Positions 29,579-36,524 of a stretch of 36,785 nucleotides of DNA are shown here, in pieces. The notes below the pieces were generated by a model. That model did no database searches. It was not told the origin of the DNA and saw only the letters and a program-made list of their open reading frames with translations. The stretch covers positions 1 through 36,785 of the forward strand of contig JBEEMV010000044.1 of assembly GCA_041192505.1 (NCBI GenBank), read 5' to 3'. The translations under genes were made by a program, and so were the position numbers. Within the stretch, counting starts at the first letter, position 1. Every line of letters begins with the position of its first letter. The stretch comes from Bacteroidota bacterium. GTDB taxonomy: Bacteria > Bacteroidota > Bacteroidia > Chitinophagales > CAIODY01.

Positions 29579-29677
29579 TACAGAGCTTGAGATGTTGTTG
29601 GGTTGCTGCTGCTATTAACAGGGCACTTAATAATACAAAGTAGTTTTGCTACTTTAGGAGCTTACTGTTAATAGAAA
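29579..29677 (+). repeat. Left arm of a ~90-100-bp inverted repeat pair
   Basis: 29579-29668 matches the reverse complement of 31801-31890 at 85 of 90 positions (hand alignment), with about 10 further nt of weaker similarity. Internal hairpins: aaagtag/ctacttt and ctattaacag/ctgttaatag. Confidence 0.8.
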
Positions 29678-29716
29678 AATAAATGGGCGTAAACCCCAAA
29701 GCTCCATTGGATCGAC

Positions 29717-29891
29717 CTTTTCGCCGAGATGAGTGTCCGCACTCATCTCTAAATTGATTCGATAAAAGTAGTTCAAAAAAATATTTTCATAAGCGCTTTT
29801 TATTTTCAATAAAGTATATTTGTAGCTTTCATTTTAACATGAAACAATAAAATAATACAGTGGTGAGTGAGGACACTAACCACGGCGGAAA
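29717..29891 (+). mobile_element. MITE-like element, copy 2
   Basis: Same terminal repeats as copy 1 (cgccgagatgagtgtccgcactcatc ... ggtgagtgaggacactaaccacggcg). It shares the internal ttcaataaagTATATTTG and a near-identical right ~46 nt. It has an extra small hairpin (tttcat/atgaaa) relative to copy 1. Confidence 0.7.
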
Positions 29892-30067
29892 ATACAATTC
29901 AACATTCATTAATTGATACATATAGATTTAGATTTTTAAGAAAAGGTCTAAAATCAGATGTTGGTTGGACAAAAAAATATAATTGGTTCACTAAGTTTAA
30001 TAAATAATATTCAATATATGTTTAATTTTTTCAGAAAAAAAATGATTTTTTATGGACACTTGATTTT

Positions 30068-30652
30068 TTGAAATTTATTCTTCAAAATATTGATTCTGTT
30101 AAGTTAAGTCAATTTATAAAACAAATTGAAGATGGGCTTATACAAGGGGAATTGAAAAACTTAAGTGACATAAAAGATTATATTGCTTTCAGTTTTGATA
30201 GAACAAAGCATAAACAATATTTTAATAAATTAGGGGAATGTTTTTCTATTTCAAATATTATAATTAGAGATAAGCTGTCTTCAAACAGATTTGAAGTTGC
30301 ACTTTATTTTGCACATAATATATTTTGTGGATATGTTTTTTCAAGCCCTGTTCAAGACAGAAGGCATATTACCGACTATTTAGTTGATATTTCTTTAATT
30401 AATGAAGGGAAAATTGGAGAAAATGAATTTGAGAGTATTAAACAATTATTTAGTAATGAAGAATTAGAAAGAATTAACAAAAACGATATTTATTCTTCAA
30501 ACATTAATGGGGTTTTATATTATCATATTAAAGAATTAGATGATGGAAATTTTATTGGAATAAACATAGATAATAATATTTATAAAATAAGCCACGACCC
30601 TTTTGAAGTCATTCTACTAGAAAGGAATAATTTGATTAATATTCTCAAGTAG
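30068..30652 (+). CDS. Hypothetical protein, possible polymorphic-toxin immunity protein (SUKH/SMI1-like by loose resemblance)
   Basis: A 194-aa ORF in very AT-rich DNA is unlikely by chance. It has a TTG start, no in-frame ATG and no signal peptide. It sits immediately upstream of an Rhs toxin-tip fragment. The C-terminal part ...DDGNFIGINIDNNIYKISHDPFEVILLERN... loosely resembles SUKH-type immunity proteins. The family is not verified. Confidence 0.5.
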   Translation: MKFILQNIDSVKLSQFIKQIEDGLIQGELKNLSDIKDYIAFSFDRTKHKQYFNKLGECFSISNIIIRDKLSSNRFEVALYFAHNIFCGYVFSSPVQDRRHITDYLVDISLINEGKIGENEFESIKQLFSNEELERINKNDIYSSNINGVLYYHIKELDDGNFIGINIDNNIYKISHDPFEVILLERNNLINILK

Positions 30653-30706
30653 AAGTTGGTAGTTTTGCCGAGTTTAGTATAGTAAAAATAAAAACTATAA
30701 ATTATA

Positions 30707-31645
30707 GTGATGAAAACCACCCAATCCCCAAACCCTTTCGGGATGCTAATGCCAGGCAGGTCATTTAGCAACGGAACAGGTTATAGATTTGGGTTTAATG
30801 GGCAAGAACAAGATAACGATATAAACGGAAAAGGCAATTTAAACACCGCCACTTTTTGGGAATATGATACAAGGTTGGGTAGAAGGTGGAATGTTGATCC
30901 TGTGGTGAAATTATTTGAAAGTTCATATCTGACATTTGCGAATAATCCAATACTTTTTAAAGATTCAAATGGAGATGACCCCTCTACAGAAGTAGAAAAA
31001 CAAAAAGATGGTACTTATAAGGTTGTCAATGCCAAAAACGATGGCGATAATAATATTTATGAAGTAAACAAAAAAGGACAACGATTAAAGACAACTGATC
31101 CAGTTTCAAAAAAAGAAAGTTATAAAGTTTTAGGGCAAACGTTAAATGCTTGGGATTTTATGTTAACAAATGATAATACTGGGGAACTTTATAGTCATGC
31201 TGACGTAAATATTGATTTTAGCAATGGAAAAGTTCAAGGAAGTTTGCCAGAAGTTACACTCCCAAAGTCTGGTGTAAAAATAAGTGATGTTAAATTAAAT
31301 ATGTACGGCAGTAATTTGATAGTATATTTAAATCAGTATTTTTTGGATGCTGTTAAGTATGAAGGTCTTCTTGATCCTTATAATCAATGCCTTCTTTTGC
31401 AAGATTTAAGTGGAAATGCTAAGGCTTTAGATATTAAAGCATTTTTTGGGGCTTATACTCCTATAAAATTATCAGAAAAATCAAATACTTTTACAACGAT
31501 AAGAGCAATTGGAAATCTTGCTTTTGGAATGAATTTAAGAGCTACTTTTCCTGGCCCATCGTCATCTTTAAGATTCTATTATAATAAAACAATGGAAAAA
31601 GTCGGAGCATATAATCAATCTCAAGCCCTGCTGGCGAAAGTCTGA
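30707..31645 (+). CDS. Orphan Rhs/YD-repeat toxin C-terminal fragment (end of RHS core plus unassigned toxin tip)
   Basis: The N-terminus NPFGMLMPGRSFSNGTGYRFGFNGQEQDNDI...WEYDTRLGRRWNVDPV...FANNPILFKDSNGDDP matches the conserved C-terminal end of the RHS repeat-associated core domain. About 220 aa of unrecognised sequence follow. No YD-repeat shell is present upstream; an in-frame stop lies 9 nt before the GTG/ATG start. Confidence 0.75.
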   Translation: MMKTTQSPNPFGMLMPGRSFSNGTGYRFGFNGQEQDNDINGKGNLNTATFWEYDTRLGRRWNVDPVVKLFESSYLTFANNPILFKDSNGDDPSTEVEKQKDGTYKVVNAKNDGDNNIYEVNKKGQRLKTTDPVSKKESYKVLGQTLNAWDFMLTNDNTGELYSHADVNIDFSNGKVQGSLPEVTLPKSGVKISDVKLNMYGSNLIVYLNQYFLDAVKYEGLLDPYNQCLLLQDLSGNAKALDIKAFFGAYTPIKLSEKSNTFTTIRAIGNLAFGMNLRATFPGPSSSLRFYYNKTMEKVGAYNQSQALLAKV

Positions 31646-31790
31646 CGCTGAGCCATTGAGCGCTTGCCGACTTGTGCCTTTACTGTTGTTGATACCTTGG
31701 TACAACTTGTCCCGATGAAAAATCGGGAAGTTCGCCACACACAAACCTACGCTGCAAACTTGCGCTAGCCCTGTTTATAAATATTCATTT

Positions 31791-31890
31791 TTCTATCAAT
31801 ACAGTAAGCTCCTAAAGGAGCAAAACTACTTTGTATTTTAAAGTGCCCTGTTAATAGCAGCAGCAACCCAACAACATCTCAAACTCTATA
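31791..31890 (-). repeat. Right arm of the ~90-100-bp inverted repeat pair
   Basis: Its reverse complement aligns with 29579-29677 (85/90 identical over the core). Confidence 0.8.
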
Positions 31891-31920
31891 CATATTTCTC
31901 ATGTTCCAAACACCTGTGGT

Positions 31921-31940
31921 GCGTACACTCATCTTGGCTA
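31921..31940 (-). repeat. Solo fragment of the MITE left terminal repeat, inverted orientation
   Basis: acactcatcttggc (31925-31938) is the exact reverse complement of gccaagatgagtgt from the copy-1 left end. The match to copy 2 extends to about 18 of 20 positions. A 14-mer match is not expected by chance in 37 kb. Confidence 0.5.
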
Positions 31941-31976
31941 AAACATTAACGATAACTGTATAAGGATAGTGCAATC

Positions 31977-32012
31977 ATAAAAAATCCCCGATAAAATTTA
32001 TCGGGGATTTTT
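31977..32012 (-). terminator. Rho-independent terminator of nrdJ
   Basis: aaaatccccgata (31981-31993) pairs with tatcggggatttt (31999-32011). On the minus strand a T-run follows (A-run 31979-31984 on plus). It lies 23 nt past the nrdJ stop. Confidence 0.6.
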
Positions 32013-32034
32013 AATTCTAAATTATCTTATTAAA

Positions 32035-35000
32035 TTATACGCAACCTGTAGTGGTGCCGCAGTTTAAACATTTATAACATGTACCGCTTCGTACCGTAGT
32101 ATGACCACATGTAGAACAAGCAGGTGCATCACCCGATGTATGCTTTATAAGTTTTACTTGTTTCATTCCATTAGTCGATTTTACTAATGATGTAGTTAAT
32201 TCTAATTCGTTTGCTTTTACGGCTGTAGCTTCAAAGTTTCCTTCAGCTTGCATTTCGCTTACAAATTCGTTTTCTACTTCATTTTGTACATGTACTAAAT
32301 CTGTACGATTCAAATATTCATATCCTAATAATCGGAAGATAAAATCAACTACTGATGTACCGCTTTTAATATTCGGATGATCAATTCTTCCTGCTGGTTC
32401 AAATCGGGTAAAAGTAAATTTATCTACAAATTCTTCTAATGGCACACCATATTGTAAACCAACCGATACTGCAATAGCAAAGCAATTTAGCATACTGCGG
32501 AAGGCTGCACCTTCTTTATGCATATCAATAAATAATTCGCCAATTGTACCATCGCTGTATTCGCCAGTGCGAACAAATACGGCTTGTCCGTCAATCTTAG
32601 CTTTGTGTGTATATCCGTGGCGTTTAGATGGTAATGATTTGCGTTCTACTACTCTTGCCAATGCACGTTTTAATTGTGTATCGGGGCTTGCTTGTACACG
32701 TTTGGTTACTTCTTCTAATAATTCATCAACGGTTAATGAACTCATTTCTAATGGAGCTGCACCACCTTCCGATTTTTTATCGTCTTTTTTATTGTTTAAT
32801 GGTTGGCTCATTTTGCTACCATCACGGTATACAGCATTAGCCTTTAAACATTGTTCCCAGCTTAATTTGTAGCAGCTTTGAATATCTTCTAAAGTTGCTT
32901 CATTAGGTAAATTAATAGTTTTTGAAATAGCACCACTAATAAATGGTTGTACGCTACCCATCATACGTATATGACCATGTGCATGAATAAATCTTGTACC
33001 TGTAACACCACATTTGTTAGCCGTATCAAATATTGGTAAGTGTTCTTCTTTAAGCATCGGCGCACCTTCCACAGTCATAGTACCGCATACATAAATATTG
33101 GCTTCGTTTATTAGTACTTCACTAAAGCCTAAAGATTCTAATAAATGAAAATTAGGATTGCTATACACATCTTGGCTATAACCTAAGCGTTGCATAGTTT
33201 CTTCGCCCAATGTATAAGGATTAATGGCAAAGCCAATATCAAAAGCACCAGGTAAAGCCGATTCTATTTTTTCAATATCTTTTTCGTTGAAACCTTTACT
33301 ACGTAAAGCATCTAACGAAATAGATTTACAACCATTTAATGTACCATGTCCTTTTGCATAATTTACAATACCTTCTACTTGATCAGCCGTATAGCCTAAC
33401 GTTCTTAAAGCCCAAGGCACCGATTGGTTAATAATTTTAAAATATCCACCACCCGATAATTTTTTGAATTTAACCAAAGCAAAATCAGGTTCAACACCTG
33501 TTGTATCGCAATCCATAACTAATCCGATAGTTCCTGTTGGCGCAATTACAGTAGTTTGAGCATTTCTATAACCATATTTTTCGCCTAATTGTAAAGCATC
33601 ATCCCAAGCTTTACAAGCAGCATTTAATAAATAATCGGGGCAGTATTTAGCATCAATACCTTGTGGTGTAATGCTTAAGCCTTCATAGTTTTCTTTTGAA
33701 TCATAAGCGGCATAACGATGATTGCGCATTACTTTTAACATATCATCTTTATTCTCTTCGTATCTTGGAAAAGCACCTAAATGTTGAGCCATTTCAGCCG
33801 ATGTTTTGTATGAAACACCTGTCATTACAGCACTTAAAGCACCAGCAATACTTCTTGCTTTATCGCTATCGTATGGTATGCCCATTACCATTAAGCAAGC
33901 ACCTAAATTGGCAAAGCCTAATCCTAATGTTCTGTATTCGTAAGATAATTGTGCTACTTCTTTTGATGGAAATTGAGCCATCAAAACAGATATTTCTAAT
34001 ACGGTTGTCCATAAGCGGTTAACGTGTTCGTATCCTTTAATATCAAATGTTAGGCTTATTGGGTCTAACAATTTCATTAAGTTTACCGAAGCTAAATTAC
34101 AAGCTGTATTATCTAAAAACATGTATTCGCTACATGGGTTTGAAGCTCTAATAGCACCACCTTGTGGGCAAGTATGCCATTCGTTAATGGTTGTATCGTA
34201 TTGTACGCCAGGATCAGCACAACGCCAAGCTGCATAAGCTATTTTATCCCAAAGTTCAGTAGCTGGAATAGTGCTCATTACTTCGCCATTCGAACGGGCT
34301 TTAAATTCCCAATCAGCATTTTGTTCTAATTTTTCGAAAAATGAATTTGGAATACGAACCGAGTTATTACTATTTTGTCCGCTAATGGTTCTGTATGCTT
34401 CGCCTTCGTAATGGCTATCGTAGCCAGCAGCAATTAATGCAGCTACCTTTTTCTCTTCTTCAACTTTCCAATCAATAAATTTTAATGCTTCAGGATGATC
34501 TAAATCTAAACAAACCATTTTAGCAGCTCTACGAGTAGTACCACCTGATTTAATAGCACCTGCCGAACGATCTCCAATTTTTAAGAAGCTCATTAAGCCG
34601 CTTGAAGTACCACCGCCGCTTAATTTTTCGCCTTCGCCACGAATGTTAGAAAAGTTTGTTCCTACACCACTACCATATTTAAAAATACGAGCTTCACGAA
34701 CCCATAAATCCATAATACCACCTTCGTTTACCAAATCATCATCAACACTTAATATAAAGCAAGCATGTGGTTGAGGACGTTCGTATGCCGAAGTAGATTT
34801 TTTTAATTTTCTATCAATAGGGTCAACATAATAATGACCTTGTGGTTTGCCAGTAATACCATAGCTTTCGTACAAACCAGTATTAAACCATTGTGGTGAG
34901 TTTGGCGCTGCAAATTGCCCAACGATTGAATACACTAATTCATCATAGAATACTTGTGCATCTTGTTCGGTAGCAAAATAGCCATATTTTTCGCCCCATA

Positions 35001-35307
35001 CTCTCCAACAATTAGCCATACGATGAGCTACTTGTTTAATAGATTTTTCGCTGGTTGTTGTACCATCAGCTTGTGGCACACCAGCCTTACGGAAATATTT
35101 TTGTGCTAAAATATCAGTAGCAGTTTGGCTCCATTGTTTCGGAACTTCAACGCCAGTCATTTCAAACACATTTTTGCCGTTGGTGTCTTTAATTACCGAA
35201 GTACGCATATCGTATTCAAACATATCAAATACGTTTATACCCTCTACGGTATAATAGCGGTTATACTTCATTCCGCTGCTTACATTTTCTTTTTCTTTTT
35301 TACTCAT
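32035..35307 (-). CDS. nrdJ: Class II (adenosylcobalamin-dependent) ribonucleotide reductase
   Basis: 1,090 aa with RNR active-site stretches (SNPCSEYMFLDNTACNLAS, VIAPTGTIGLVMDCDTTGVEPDF, ISKTINLPN). The Cys-rich C-terminal tail CSTCGHTTVRSGTCYKCLNCGTTTGC is typical of class II enzymes. Confidence 0.95.
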   Translation of the reverse strand: MSKKEKENVSSGMKYNRYYTVEGINVFDMFEYDMRTSVIKDTNGKNVFEMTGVEVPKQWSQTATDILAQKYFRKAGVPQADGTTTSEKSIKQVAHRMANCWRVWGEKYGYFATEQDAQVFYDELVYSIVGQFAAPNSPQWFNTGLYESYGITGKPQGHYYVDPIDRKLKKSTSAYERPQPHACFILSVDDDLVNEGGIMDLWVREARIFKYGSGVGTNFSNIRGEGEKLSGGGTSSGLMSFLKIGDRSAGAIKSGGTTRRAAKMVCLDLDHPEALKFIDWKVEEEKKVAALIAAGYDSHYEGEAYRTISGQNSNNSVRIPNSFFEKLEQNADWEFKARSNGEVMSTIPATELWDKIAYAAWRCADPGVQYDTTINEWHTCPQGGAIRASNPCSEYMFLDNTACNLASVNLMKLLDPISLTFDIKGYEHVNRLWTTVLEISVLMAQFPSKEVAQLSYEYRTLGLGFANLGACLMVMGIPYDSDKARSIAGALSAVMTGVSYKTSAEMAQHLGAFPRYEENKDDMLKVMRNHRYAAYDSKENYEGLSITPQGIDAKYCPDYLLNAACKAWDDALQLGEKYGYRNAQTTVIAPTGTIGLVMDCDTTGVEPDFALVKFKKLSGGGYFKIINQSVPWALRTLGYTADQVEGIVNYAKGHGTLNGCKSISLDALRSKGFNEKDIEKIESALPGAFDIGFAINPYTLGEETMQRLGYSQDVYSNPNFHLLESLGFSEVLINEANIYVCGTMTVEGAPMLKEEHLPIFDTANKCGVTGTRFIHAHGHIRMMGSVQPFISGAISKTINLPNEATLEDIQSCYKLSWEQCLKANAVYRDGSKMSQPLNNKKDDKKSEGGAAPLEMSSLTVDELLEEVTKRVQASPDTQLKRALARVVERKSLPSKRHGYTHKAKIDGQAVFVRTGEYSDGTIGELFIDMHKEGAAFRSMLNCFAIAVSVGLQYGVPLEEFVDKFTFTRFEPAGRIDHPNIKSGTSVVDFIFRLLGYEYLNRTDLVHVQNEVENEFVSEMQAEGNFEATAVKANELELTTSLVKSTNGMKQVKLIKHTSGDAPACSTCGHTTVRSGTCYKCLNCGTTTGCV

Positions 35308-35563
35308 AATAGGTAAAATGGTTTTGATGGTTTCTTCTATATTTTTATGGTTGCCTTAATGCAAGAAAAGTATAACGGATACAATTTCCTGCCGGGCTTT
35401 ACCAGCTTTTTAAAATTAGATTATTCAGCTATTTAACTTTGAATAATCAGAACTAATATAACTTTGATTTTCCTCTTTAAACTTCAACTAACTTATTGCT
35501 TCTCTCATTAGAACACTCTTTTTCGCTTTGAATGATTTAGTAAAAACTTTTTTAGAGGGACGA

Positions 35564-35571
35564 CAAATATA
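35564..35571 (-). promoter_or_regulatory. -7 promoter box (TATATTTG on the minus strand) for nrdJ
   Basis: The plus strand reads caaatata, an exact TAnnTTTG on the minus strand. It implies a ~250-nt 5-prime leader before the nrdJ ATG at 35307. Confidence 0.35.
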
Positions 35572-35831
35572 TATCCAAACTTAGCCCTAAAAGAAGCCGA
35601 AAACATTTTTAATTTTTACACATTGTGTGGATAAGAAATACTTGACAATTGAAACGCTTTTGTGTGTTGAGTTACAGCCCGAAACGCTGATTTGAAAAGC
35701 ACTTCAATCGTTTTTGTGGATTAAATGTGGGTAAAAAAATATTGCCCTATTGGATACAAAAAGATACATGCCACATTTTAATATATAAATTAAATTGCAT
35801 GAATGTTGGTGGGGTTGATTTTGAAGCTAAA

Positions 35832-36524
35832 TTAATGTGAGTTTGTTTTTGATTTCAATCTATCCTTAAACACTTTTTCAAATTTATCCTTCTTAGGTTT
35901 GATAACATAAGCGCAGTAGGCTTGTTCGGGATTAGCATTAAAATAATTTTGATGATAATCTTCGGCAGGGTAAAATTTTGCAAATGCTGATACTTCGGTA
36001 ACTATTGGCTGTTCATAAGCCTTTGCAGCATTTAATTCGGCAATTATTTTTAACGATTCTTGTTTTTGAAATTCATCATGGTAGAATATTGCCGACCTAT
36101 ATTGTGTGCCTTCATCATTGCCTTGGCGATTAAGTTGTGTAGGGTCGTGGGTTACAAAAAATGCTTTTAATAATTCAGCAAACGAAATTTTTGTAGTATC
36201 AAAATAAACTTGGCAAACCTCTGCATGCCCTGTTGTGCCAGTACATACATCTTTGTACGTTGGGTTTTCAACCTGCCCACCGCTATACCCCGAAACTACT
36301 GTATCTACGCCTTGTAATTGCATTAATTGTGTTTCTACACACCAAAAACAGCCAGCGCCAAATGTGGCTACACTTAATTTTTTATCTTTTGCGTATTGTT
36401 CCATTTTATCCATTTTGGTTGAAATTTTTTTTGGTTGATTTTTATTTTGAGCACAAGCCTGAAACACAATAAAGCCACACAAAAGTAAGCAAGCAATTGC
36501 TATTGATTTTAAATTAAACATCAT
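35832..36524 (-). CDS. msrA: Peptide-methionine (S)-S-oxide reductase MsrA with N-terminal export signal
   Basis: 230 aa with the catalytic motif GAGCFWCVE and the conserved GYSGG, HAEV, YRSAIFY and YHQNY. An N-terminal hydrophobic signal, MMFNLKSIAIACLLLCGFIVFQAC, precedes them. Confidence 0.9.
   Translation of the reverse strand: MMFNLKSIAIACLLLCGFIVFQACAQNKNQPKKISTKMDKMEQYAKDKKLSVATFGAGCFWCVETQLMQLQGVDTVVSGYSGGQVENPTYKDVCTGTTGHAEVCQVYFDTTKISFAELLKAFFVTHDPTQLNRQGNDEGTQYRSAIFYHDEFQKQESLKIIAELNAAKAYEQPIVTEVSAFAKFYPAEDYHQNYFNANPEQAYCAYVIKPKKDKFEKVFKDRLKSKTNSH

Noticed and set aside
29958-30071. 38-codon plus-strand ORF (MLVGQKNIIGSLSLINNIQYMFNFFRKKMIFYGHLIF*) between MITE copy 2 and the immunity-like gene
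   Set aside because: It is too short and compositionally unremarkable to support as a gene. It is noted only because its stop overlaps the TTG start at 30068.
31570-31773. Minus-strand open frame of about 65 codons across the GC-rich patch
   Set aside because: It has no start codon and no recognisable motif. The openness is probably a side effect of high GC.
32567-34022. Plus-strand ORFs of 70-108 aa within nrdJ
   Set aside because: They are antisense shadows of a strongly supported gene.
35308-35560. Cobalamin riboswitch upstream of the B12-dependent reductase gene
   Set aside because: I could not find the B12 box or the GCCACTG core on either strand. Only a generic hairpin and a GC island are present, so this is kept as an unexplained long leader.
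35618-35628. Palindrome acacaTtgtgt upstream of the nrdJ promoter box as a possible NrdR box
   Set aside because: The arms are only 5 bp and there is a single copy. NrdR boxes are ~16-bp palindromes, usually in tandem, so the evidence is insufficient.
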